A stretch of DNA of 32,000 nucleotides from Pseudodesulfovibrio mercurii. Lineage in GTDB: Bacteria > Desulfobacterota > Desulfovibrionia > Desulfovibrionales > Desulfovibrionaceae. Numbering within the stretch: position 1 is the stretch's first letter; the number at the start of each line of letters is the position of its first letter. The notes beneath the pieces were generated by a model. It ran no database searches. It was given only the letters and a program-made list of their open reading frames with translations, and was not told the origin of the DNA. A program made the position numbers and the translations under genes. Where the stretch lies: NCBI RefSeq assembly GCF_000189295.2, contig NC_016803.1:30001-62000 (forward strand), written 5' to 3'. Shown one piece after another: positions 1 through 7,803 of the stretch.

Positions 1-1294
1 TCTGTTCTTCGCTGGTCTTTTCCGTGCAGGCCACCAGCAGGCCGTTTTCCAGTCCCTCGAAGTAGCGGCCCAGCGGGAAGCCCGGGACAAAGCCGCGCTC
101 GGTCAGCTTGGCGATGACCTCGAAGGCGTTGACCGGCAGGGTCACGGCGAACTCGTTGCCGAAGGCGCCCTTGGTCAGCATCTCCACGCCGGGGATAGCG
201 GTCAGCTTCCCGGCGCAGATGTGGGCGCGTTCCACCGACACCCTGGCCGCGCGCTTGAGGCCGAGCTCGCCCAGCGCGCACATGTGGACCAATGCGCGCA
301 GGGCGCACAGGGACTGGTTGGAGCAGATGTTGGACGTGGCCTTCTGGCGGCGGATGTGCTGCTCGCGCGCCTGGAGGGTGAGCACGTAGCCCGTGCGGCC
401 CTTGGTGTCCGTGGTCCGGCCCACGATGCGGCCGGGCATCTGGCGGACCATGGCCTTGGTGCAGGTCATGATGCCCAGGTACGGGCCGCCGAAGGAGAGC
501 GGCAGGCCCAGGGACTGGCCCTCGGCCACGGCCACGTCAGCGCCCATGGCGCCGGGCGTCTTGAGCAGGGACTGGAGCACCGGGTAGGCGGACACGATGG
601 ACACGGCCTTGACCTTGGCGGCGGCCTCGAACAGCCCCGTGAAGTCGTTGATGGAGCCGAAGAAGTTCGGGTTCTGGACCAGCACGGCGGCGATGGAGTC
701 GTCCAGGGCCGCCTTGAGCCCCTCGATGTCGGTCATGCCGTCCTTGTGGGGCACGGTGACGAACTCGAGGTCCAGGTTGGAGGTGTAGGAGCCGAGCATG
801 ACCCGGTAGATGGGGTTGAGCGCCTCGGAGACCACGATCTTGCGCCGTTTGGTCTTGCGCACGGCCATCATCAGGGCCTCGTACAGGGCGGTGCCGCCGT
901 CGTAGACCGAGGCGTTGGCGCACTCCATGCCCAGCAGCCGGGTCACGGCGGTCTGGTACTCGAAGATGGCCTGGAGGGTGCCCTGGGAAGCCTCGGGCTG
1001 GTAGGGCGTGTAGGCGGTGTAGAACTCCCCGCGCATGGTCAGGGCGTCCACGGCGGCCGGGATGTAGTGGTCGTAGAAGCCCGCGCCCAGGAAGCTGACG
1101 CTGTTGGTGGCGTTCTTGGCGGCCAGTCCCTCCAGCTTGGAGAGGACGTCCATCTCGCTCAACCCCTCGGGGATGTCGAAACTCTTGGGGCGCATGTCCG
1201 GGGTGATCTCGGCAAAGAGGTCCTCCACGGAATCCACGCCGATGGTGGCGAGCATCTCGCGCACTTCGTCTTCGGTATGCGGTACAAACGGCAT
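1..1294 (-). CDS. gcvPA: Glycine dehydrogenase (aminomethyl-transferring) subunit 1, GcvPA; the last few C-terminal codons run off the window edge
   Basis: Absent from the ORF track because no stop lies inside the window. The reverse complement from 1294 downward reads MPFVPHTEDEVREMLATIGVDSVEDLFAEI... and stays open to position 2 (...LLVACTEKTSEEQ), which is typical GcvPA sequence. It lies directly downstream of gcvH. The + strand ORF 221..1789 is its antisense shadow. Confidence 0.9.
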   Translation of the reverse strand, partial: MPFVPHTEDEVREMLATIGVDSVEDLFAEITPDMRPKSFDIPEGLSEMDVLSKLEGLAAKNATNSVSFLGAGFYDHYIPAAVDALTMRGEFYTAYTPYQPEASQGTLQAIFEYQTAVTRLLGMECANASVYDGGTALYEALMMAVRKTKRRKIVVSEALNPIYRVMLGSYTSNLDLEFVTVPHKDGMTDIEGLKAALDDSIAAVLVQNPNFFGSINDFTGLFEAAAKVKAVSIVSAYPVLQSLLKTPGAMGADVAVAEGQSLGLPLSFGGPYLGIMTCTKAMVRQMPGRIVGRTTDTKGRTGYVLTLQAREQHIRRQKATSNICSNQSLCALRALVHMCALGELGLKRAARVSVERAHICAGKLTAIPGVEMLTKGAFGNEFAVTLPVNAFEVIAKLTERGFVPGFPLGRYFEGLENGLLVACTEKTSEEQ

Positions 1295-1316
1295 GATGAA
1301 ACCTGCTCGGTTATGG

Positions 1317-1352
1317 GGAAAAAGAAAAGGGCCGAGACATGTGCCCCGGCCC
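1317..1352 (-). terminator. Hairpin plus U-tract between gcvH and gcvPA (intra-operon terminator/attenuator candidate)
   Basis: The minus strand reads GGGCCG-N12-CGGCCC followed by UUUUCUUUUUCC, inside the 72-nt gap between the gcvH stop and the gcvPA start. Confidence 0.4.
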
Positions 1353-1366
1353 CGTCGGCGTTTCGC

Positions 1367-1747
1367 CTAGTGGGCCTCGGATTCGACCACCGCGGCGTAG
1401 CCCTCGGCGTCCAGCAGCCCCTCGGGGGCGCCCTTGATCCGGAACTTGAGCATCCAGCCCGCGCCGTAAGGCTCCTCGTTGACCCTCTCGGGCGCGTCCG
1501 CGAGCTCCTCGTTGACCTCGATGACCTCGCCGGAAACCGGGGCGTAGATCTCGCTAGCGGCCTTGACGGATTCGACGGAACCCATCTCCGCGCCCGCCTC
1601 GAAGGTGTCGCCCACCTCGGGCAGCTCCACGAAGGTCAGGTCGCCGAGCTGTTCCTGGGCGAACTGGGTGATGCCCACGGTGGCCACGTCGCCCTCGACC
1701 AGGACCCACTCGTGGGTTTTCGCATACAACAGATCTTCGGGAATCAT
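1367..1747 (-). CDS. gcvH: Glycine cleavage system protein H (lipoyl carrier)
   Basis: 126-aa [40 protein letters not shown]...[18 protein letters not shown]... with the lipoyl-lysine motif ESVKA. An AAGGAGAG Shine-Dalgarno lies upstream of the ATG. Confidence 0.95.
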   Translation of the reverse strand: MIPEDLLYAKTHEWVLVEGDVATVGITQFAQEQLGDLTFVELPEVGDTFEAGAEMGSVESVKAASEIYAPVSGEVIEVNEELADAPERVNEEPYGAGWMLKFRIKGAPEGLLDAEGYAAVVESEAH

Positions 1748-1985
1748 ATCTCTCTCCTTGATTCGAAAAGGGGGTTATCGGGTGGTTGATCGCTAGTCTT
1801 TAGCATGGGATGAATGTGTTGGAAACAGTAAAAATAATGACAGTTTCATGGTTTTCATCCGTAATTTCCGACGAACGTGCGAATTCGCCAAAAAGCTGAC
1901 GAATCCGATTCGGTCCCGCCTGAAATAGCCCCATGTTTTCGGGCGATTGGGCAAGTCCTCGTATCCCATAACGTCATACATGTTT
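1748..1985 (-). promoter_or_regulatory. Long (~235 nt) AT-rich structured 5' leader of gcvH; candidate variant glycine riboswitch
   Basis: Minus-strand RNA 1968..1911 reads GGGAUA CGAGGACUUGCCCAAUCG CCCGAAAACAUGGGGC UAUUUC AGGCGGGACCG. The P1-like pairing is GGGAUA/UAUUUC. CGCCCGAA..GGGGC and UCAGGC..GGAC resemble the conserved CGCCGAAGGGGCAA and CUCAGGCAAAAGGAC cores but carry indels. A second nested hairpin, GGAUGAA...UUCAUCC, spans 1808..1860. The 62-aa ORF 1793..1981 here looks non-coding. Confidence 0.3.
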
Positions 1986-2047
1986 TATTCTGATGGTGTA
2001 AAAAGTATTACGAAGACGGTTGACCATGGCACGGGGCAGGGGTAATC

Positions 2048-2758
2048 TTGTGGGTGCGTATGAGCAGTGCACCGTCCATATCCCCCCCCGCGGCCCGCTT
2101 CTGCGAGCCCGACCCCGGCTCCCGCGTGGAGGTGGCGGTGGGCGGTCGCGTCTGGCTGCTGGACCGCGCCGCCGACATGGAGGCCCTGTGGGACGCCATG
2201 GACGGCCAGGACCTGGACGAGGACGAGCGGCTGCCGTACTGGGCCGAGGTCTGGCCCGCCAGCGTGCTGCTCGGGCGGCACATCCTGCGCAACGCGGAGC
2301 GCCTGCGGGGCCGGACCTGCCTGGACATCGGCTGCGGGCTCGGCCTGACCGGCATGATCGCGTCCTCGGTGGGGGCGCGGGTGGCGGCCTTCGACTACGA
2401 GTGGCCCGCCGTGCGCTTCGCCCGGCACAACGCCGCGCTGAACGACGTCCCCCAGCCCCTGTGGCTGCTCATGGACTGGCGGCATCCCGCCCTCAAACCC
2501 GGCGGCTTCGACTTCATCTGGGGCGGGGACGTGCTCTATGAAAAGCGATTTTTCGACCCCCTGATCCGGCTCTTCCGCCACGCGCTCGCGCCTGACGGAC
2601 GCATCTGGATCGGCGAGCCCGTGCGCACCGTGTCCCGGCCCGTCTGGGAGCGGCTCGAGGACGAGGGGTTCGCGACCGAGAAATTGACCGTGGAGAAGGT
2701 CGCCCTGTGCGGCCAGAACGCCACGGTAAACCTGTGGGAAATCACCATTCCCCGATAG
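2048..2758 (+). CDS. Class I SAM-dependent methyltransferase, protein-lysine methyltransferase-like (Methyltransf_16 type)
   Basis: The 236-aa ORF carries [18 protein letters not shown], the SAM motif [17 protein letters not shown], the acidic AFDYE, and [19 protein letters not shown]. The start is GTG 2048 or ATG 2060. A TTGACC-N17-TAATCT sigma-70-like promoter at 2020..2048 would favour 2060. Confidence 0.75.
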   Translation: MWVRMSSAPSISPPAARFCEPDPGSRVEVAVGGRVWLLDRAADMEALWDAMDGQDLDEDERLPYWAEVWPASVLLGRHILRNAERLRGRTCLDIGCGLGLTGMIASSVGARVAAFDYEWPAVRFARHNAALNDVPQPLWLLMDWRHPALKPGGFDFIWGGDVLYEKRFFDPLIRLFRHALAPDGRIWIGEPVRTVSRPVWERLEDEGFATEKLTVEKVALCGQNATVNLWEITIPR

Positions 2759-2769
2759 TGGAGGACACT

Positions 2770-3189
2770 ATGGGCAAGACCATCCGATTCGGCGTGTCTC
2801 TGGACTCCGACCTGCTCGAAAAGTTCGACCAACACTGCGAGGAGCGCAGCTACCAGACCCGCTCCGAAGCCATCCGCGACCTCATCCGCAACACCCTGGT
2901 CCAGCGCGAATGGGAACAGGCCGAGGGCGACCTGGCCGGGACCCTGACCCTGGTCTACGACCACCACAAGTCCGGGCTGTCCCAGAAGCTGACCGAGATC
3001 CAGCACGATTCCCACGAGGTCATCCAGTCCTCGCTGCACGTGCACCTCGACCACTTCAACTGCCTGGAGGTCATCATCCTCAAGGGCGATGCCGAGACCA
3101 TCAAGGAGCTCGGCCAGAAGCTCATCTCCACCAAGGGCGTCAAACACGGCAACCTCGCCTTGACAACCACGGGCAAAGACTTGATTTAA
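2770..3189 (+). CDS. nikR: Nickel-responsive transcriptional regulator NikR (ribbon-helix-helix plus metal-binding domain)
   Basis: [20 protein letters not shown]... is an RHH N-terminus. The C-domain HVHLDHFNC has H-x-H-x5-C spacing identical to the E. coli NikR high-affinity Ni site. GGAGGA sits 6 nt upstream of ATG 2770. The track ORF start at 2707 is an upstream extension overlapping the methyltransferase gene. Confidence 0.9.
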   Translation: MGKTIRFGVSLDSDLLEKFDQHCEERSYQTRSEAIRDLIRNTLVQREWEQAEGDLAGTLTLVYDHHKSGLSQKLTEIQHDSHEVIQSSLHVHLDHFNCLEVIILKGDAETIKELGQKLISTKGVKHGNLALTTTGKDLI

Positions 3190-3193
3190 GAGG

Positions 3194-3312
3194 GCCTCCG
3201 GCGGCCGGTGGAAGGGAGAGAAAAACCCTTTGGAAAGGGTTCTTTCCCTCCCTTCCACCGGACCCCCATCCCTCCCTTTTCCCAAACTTTTTGGGGCCGC
3301 TTCGCGGGGCCG
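3194..3312. repeat. Composite palindromic intergenic repeat, copy A (forward orientation)
   Basis: GCCTCCGGCGGCCGG + long hairpin GGAAGGGAGAGAAAAACCCTTTGGAAAGGGTTCTTTCCCTCCCTTCC + CCGGACCCCCATCCC + AAACTTTTTGG + CCGCTTCGCGG. It aligns end to end with copies at 4748, 6284 and 6493. Confidence 0.9.
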
Positions 3313-3364
3313 GGGGAGGGGATGCGTCATCCGGCGCGAGTGGGGAAGGGGGAGAAAGTAAGGG

Positions 3365-4144
3365 ATGATATTTATGGAAGACGTACAGCAGAGTCAGGCG
3401 ACCATCGCCATGCCCATCGACCGTGTGGGCGTCAAGGGATTGCGGCTGCCCATCGTGGTCCGCGACCGCGAGTCCGGGGTCCAGCACACCGTGGCCCAGG
3501 TGTCCATGTCCGTGGACCTGCCCGCCGAGTTCAAGGGCACGCACATGAGCCGCTTCGTGGAGGCCCTGGAGCACTGGGAGGGGACGCTCGACTACCACTC
3601 CTTCCTGACCCTGCTCGACGACATCGTGGACCGGCTCCAGGCCCGCAGCGCCCACCTGCGCTTCGTGTTCCCCTATTTCCTGCGCCGCCGGTCGCCGGTC
3701 TCCAAGGCGGGCGGCATGATGGACTATACCTGCCGCGTGGACGGCTACCTCAAGGACGGCAAGCTGACCTTCACCCTGGGCGCGGACGTGCCGGTCATGA
3801 CCGTGTGTCCGTGCTCCAAGGCCATCTCGGACGAAGGCGCGCACTCCCAGCGGGCCGAGGTGCGCATCCTGACCCGCTTCGAGGGCTTCCTCTGGCTCGA
3901 GGACCTCATCGAGATCGGCGAGCGCGCCGGGTCCTGCCAGGTCTACTCCCTGCTCAAGCGCGAGGACGAGAAATACGTCACCGAGACCGCCTTCGCCCAC
4001 CCGACCTTCGTGGAGGACGTGGTCCGCGAGGCGGCCAAGGGGCTGGACGAGCACCCCAAGGTCACCTGGTACAAGGTCGAGGTGGAGTCCTTCGAGTCCA
4101 TCCACAACCACTCGGCCTTCGCGGTCATCGAGAGCGACGGGTAG
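3365..4144 (+). CDS. folE2: GTP cyclohydrolase FolE2 (GTP cyclohydrolase IB, MptA/FolE2 family)
   Basis: 259-aa ORF with family hallmarks: DVQ near the N-terminus, [23 protein letters not shown]. The start is ATG 3365 or ATG 3374. Confidence 0.9.
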   Translation: MIFMEDVQQSQATIAMPIDRVGVKGLRLPIVVRDRESGVQHTVAQVSMSVDLPAEFKGTHMSRFVEALEHWEGTLDYHSFLTLLDDIVDRLQARSAHLRFVFPYFLRRRSPVSKAGGMMDYTCRVDGYLKDGKLTFTLGADVPVMTVCPCSKAISDEGAHSQRAEVRILTRFEGFLWLEDLIEIGERAGSCQVYSLLKREDEKYVTETAFAHPTFVEDVVREAAKGLDEHPKVTWYKVEVESFESIHNHSAFAVIESDG

Positions 4145-4232
4145 CCGTTTCCCTCCCGGTTTGCATCCCGCGCCGCAAACGGCTATGGTGAATCCCGGCT
4201 GCTTCCCCAACCCCGCCAGGGGGTGATCTCTC

Positions 4233-4559
4233 ATGTCCGACGCCAATGTCTCGGCCCTGTCCGCCCTGTCCACCGTGCAGGAGGTCTCGGCCAACAACAT
4301 CGCCAACATGAACACCGACGGCTTCCGGGCCGGCGCGGTGAGCCTCGAGTCCGGCCCCGGTGGCCAGGGCGTGGAGGTGGCCTCCATCACCGAGTCCACC
4401 GCGCCCGGCGCCTTCATCAACGGGGTGGAGACCTCCAACACCGACGTCGGCCGCGAGATGGTCGACATGATCGTCACCAGCCGCGCCTTCGAGGCCAACA
4501 CCACCTTCATCCGCGCGTCCGAGGAGATGACCGGCCACCTGCTGGACATGATCGCCTGA
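4233..4559 (+). CDS. Short flagellar basal-body rod family protein, FlgC-like (108 aa), orphan location
   Basis: The N-terminal rod motif is VSANNIANMNTDGFR. The C-terminal rod motif is SNTDVGREMVDMIVTSRAFEANTTFIRASEEM. The central GVEVASITESTAPG parallels E. coli FlgC GGVKVASVIESQAP. GGGGGTGA lies 7 nt before the ATG. Confidence 0.75.
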   Translation: MSDANVSALSALSTVQEVSANNIANMNTDGFRAGAVSLESGPGGQGVEVASITESTAPGAFINGVETSNTDVGREMVDMIVTSRAFEANTTFIRASEEMTGHLLDMIA

Positions 4560-4747
4560 CCCTCAGCCCGGGGGCGGCCCGGCCGCTTTCCGCCCCGCCT
4601 TGACAGCCTCCCTTTTCATGTCTTACGGTCTATCATGGCCCGTCTGTGCGCGTTCCCCTTTTTCCCGGACGCACGGCACGGGCCATACTTGCGTGACAAC
4701 ACCAAACCCCTGAGCAGGGGATTCACTTCCGCTCTCCTTCGATCCGC

Positions 4748-4863
4748 GCGCACTGCGCCGACAAAAAGTTTTGGAAGGATGAGGGGATGGGGGTCCGGTG
4801 GAAGGGGAGAAGGAAACCTTTTTCAAAAGGTTTCCTTCTCCCCCTCCCCCGGCCGCCGGAGGC
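4748..4863. repeat. Composite palindromic intergenic repeat, copy B (inverted orientation)
   Basis: Its reverse complement aligns with copy A: GCCTCCGGCGGCCGGGGGAGGGGGAGAAGGAAACCTTTTGAAAAAGGTTTCCTTCTCCCCTTCCACCGGACCCCCATCCCC...AAAACTTTTTGT + GCGC-AGT-GCGC hairpin. Confidence 0.9.
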
Positions 4864-4871
4864 ATCACACC

Positions 4872-6266
4872 ATGACCAAGACCGTGAAGACCGATTACGA
4901 CGTCATCATCGTGGGCGCGGGCCCGGCCGGGCTGTTCGCCGCCTACTACCTGGGCGAGCATTCCAACCTGGACGTGCTGATCATCGACAAGGGCAAGCGT
5001 TCCCTCAAGCGCAACTGTCCCCTGTCCGGGGACCAGGAGTGCGTCAAATGCCGCCCGTGCAACATCCTGTGCGGCGTGGGCGGGGCGGGGCTGTTCTCCG
5101 ACGGCAAGCTCAACTACATCCACAAGCTCGGCAAGACCGACCTGACCCAGTTCGTGGGCACCTCCGAGGCCCTCCGGCTCATCGACGAGACCGAGCACAT
5201 CTTCAATACCTTCGGCATGGACGGCAAGGTCTTCCCCACGGACATGGAGGCGGCCAGGCAGATCCGCAAGGACGCCCGCAAGCACGGTATCGACCTGCTG
5301 GTCATCAAGCAGAAGCATCTGGGCAGCGACAATCTGCCCGGCCACATCGCGGGCATGGCCGACCACATCCGCGACAAGGGCGTGGCCTTCCACACCTCCG
5401 AGACCGTCACCGACGTGGTCGTGACCAAGGGCAAAGTCACCGGCGTGGTCACCAACCGCCAGACGTACACCGCCAAGAACGTCATCCTCGCCCCCGGCCG
5501 CGTGGGCGCGGAATGGGTCGCCCATGAGGCGCGCAAGCACGGCATCCAGGTGTCCCAGCGCGGCATCGAGGTGGGCGTGCGCGTGGAGGTCCACAACGAG
5601 ATCATGCAGGACCTCTGCTCGGTCATCTACGACCCGACCTTCTTCGTGCGCACCAACAAGTACGACGACCAGACCCGGACCTTCTGCACCAACTACGGCG
5701 GCTACGTGGCACTGGAAAACTACCAGGACTTCGTCTGCGTCAACGGCCACGCGCTCATGAACAAAAAGTCCGACAACACCAACTTCGCCTTCCTCTCCAA
5801 GGTCGTCCTCAACGACCCGGTGGAGGACAACCAGGCCTACGGCGAGTCCATCGGCCGGTTGGCCACCCTCATCGGCGGGGGCAAGCCCATCCTTCAGCGG
5901 TTCGGCGACCTGCGCCGCGGCCGACGGTCCACCTGGGACCGCATCGGCAACGGCTACATCGAGCCGACCCTGCGCAACGTGGTCCCCGGCGACATCGCCA
6001 TGGCCCTGCCCGAACGCATCCTGACCAACCTCATGGACGGCCTGGAACAGCTCAACAACGTGGTCCCCGGCGTGTCCAACGACGAAACCCTGCTTTACGC
6101 CCCGGAGATCAAGTTCTTCGCCACCCAGGTGGATACCCGCAAACACCTGGAAACCAGCGTGGACGGCCTGTTCGTGGCCGGCGACGGACCCGGCGTGGCC
6201 GGCAACATCGTCGGCGCCGCCGCCACCGCCCTCATCCCCGCCAAGGAAATCATCCGCCGCTCGTAG
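4872..6266 (+). CDS. NAD(P)/FAD-dependent oxidoreductase, COG2509-type uncharacterised FAD-dependent dehydrogenase
   Basis: MTKTVKTDYDVIIVGAGPAGLFAAYYL is a Rossmann GxGxxG. The Cys cluster CPLSGDQECVKCRPCNILCGVGGAGLFSDGKL and the C-terminal DGLFVAGDGPGVAGNIVGAAATA are also present. The track ORF start at 4635 is an extension through the repeat. ATG 4872 is preceded by GGAGG. Confidence 0.85.
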   Translation: MTKTVKTDYDVIIVGAGPAGLFAAYYLGEHSNLDVLIIDKGKRSLKRNCPLSGDQECVKCRPCNILCGVGGAGLFSDGKLNYIHKLGKTDLTQFVGTSEALRLIDETEHIFNTFGMDGKVFPTDMEAARQIRKDARKHGIDLLVIKQKHLGSDNLPGHIAGMADHIRDKGVAFHTSETVTDVVVTKGKVTGVVTNRQTYTAKNVILAPGRVGAEWVAHEARKHGIQVSQRGIEVGVRVEVHNEIMQDLCSVIYDPTFFVRTNKYDDQTRTFCTNYGGYVALENYQDFVCVNGHALMNKKSDNTNFAFLSKVVLNDPVEDNQAYGESIGRLATLIGGGKPILQRFGDLRRGRRSTWDRIGNGYIEPTLRNVVPGDIAMALPERILTNLMDGLEQLNNVVPGVSNDETLLYAPEIKFFATQVDTRKHLETSVDGLFVAGDGPGVAGNIVGAAATALIPAKEIIRRS

Positions 6267-6283
6267 GCGGCGGATGCGTGAGC

Positions 6284-6404
6284 CGCCTCCGGCGGCCAGG
6301 GGGGAAGGGGGAAAGAGGGCACCCTTTGAAAAGGGCTGCCCTCTCTCCCCCTTCCCCCCTCCCTCTCACCCTCCTAAACTTTTTGGTGCCGCTTCGCGGG
6401 AGGC
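6284..6404. repeat. Composite palindromic intergenic repeat, copy C (forward orientation)
   Basis: GCCTCCGGCGGCCAGG + hairpin GGGGAAGGGGGAAAGAGGGCACCCTTTGAAAAGGGCTGCCCTCTCTCCCCCTTCCCC + ...AAACTTTTTGG + CCGCTTCGCGG + GGAGGC. It is followed by GGTTGTTTTTTG and starts 17 nt after the oxidoreductase stop, so it likely acts as that gene's terminator. Confidence 0.9.
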
Positions 6405-6492
6405 GAGGGCGGTTGTTTTTTGTGGAATGCCGGGATTCGAGCGTTGGCGAAATAAAAGCTCAAAAGCATGGTTGGTGCTTCCGCACGGACCT

Positions 6493-6553
6493 GCCGAAGG
6501 CACACAAAAGGTTCTTGAGCGGGGTCCGGGGCGGCGCCCCGGCCGCCGGAGGC
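6493..6553. repeat. Composite palindromic intergenic repeat, copy D (inverted, central hairpin deleted or replaced)
   Basis: The reverse complement reads GCCTCCGGCGGCCGGGGCGCCGCCCCGGACCCCGCTCAAGAACCTTTTGTGT + GCC-TTC-GGC. It keeps the end modules of A-C but has a short GC hairpin in place of the 45-nt core. Confidence 0.75.
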
Positions 6554-6722
6554 GTTCTTCTCCCCACAGGGCAGGGGGGTGGTTTTCCAGAATTTCTTTA
6601 TATGAGGGGGTTATAGTCGTTGACATGCCGTCAGTAAATTGACAGAGAAGACGTATAGTAAAGATATGGCTGCGGGGCAGGGGGTCCCGTCGGTCGTGTA
6701 TCCATGCGTATTCGGAGGGGAA

Positions 6723-7739
<1,017 letters not shown>

Positions 7740-7803
7740 CCTGCGGGGTAGGGCAAGAGCTGCCCGTTTCACGGGTAGCACGACAATTGCATAACTGCTT
7801 GCC

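Noticed and set aside
1880-1895. TTGGCGAATTCGCA in the gcvH leader considered as a sigma-54 promoter
   Set aside because: The GG-to-GC spacing is two nt too short. The sequence is simply a GCGAATTCGC palindrome.
1793-1981. 62-aa minus-strand ORF (MYDVMGYEDLPNRPKTWGYF...) between gcvH and the methyltransferase gene
   Set aside because: AT-rich with atypical codon usage for this genome and no SD. It overlaps the structured gcvH leader, so it is more likely non-coding RNA.
2027-2041. Perfect -24-like TGGCACG upstream of the methyltransferase gene
   Set aside because: No GC dinucleotide occurs at the required -12 spacing (the sequence is TGGCACGGGGCAGGG). The same DNA fits better as the spacer of a TTGACC-N17-TAATCT sigma-70 promoter.
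6274-6642. 122-aa and 112-aa + strand ORFs (MREPPPAARGEGGKRAPFEKG..., MSRLRRPGGKGERGHPLKRAAL...) in the oxidoreductase-EBP spacer
   Set aside because: They are translations of repeat copies C and D. The same pseudo-peptides appear wherever the palindromic repeat occurs (e.g. the N-terminal extensions of ORFs 3208 and 4635), so they are repeat artefacts, not genes.
7776-7791. TAGCACGACAATTGCA, matching the extended sigma-54 consensus TGGCACG-N4-TTGCA at every defined position except one, immediately downstream of the EBP gene and upstream of the TPR gene
   Set aside because: The invariant -24 GG is AG here. The predicted TSS (~7802) would leave no leader or SD before the GTG start at 7804. 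It is kept only as a curiosity that TSS mapping could revisit.
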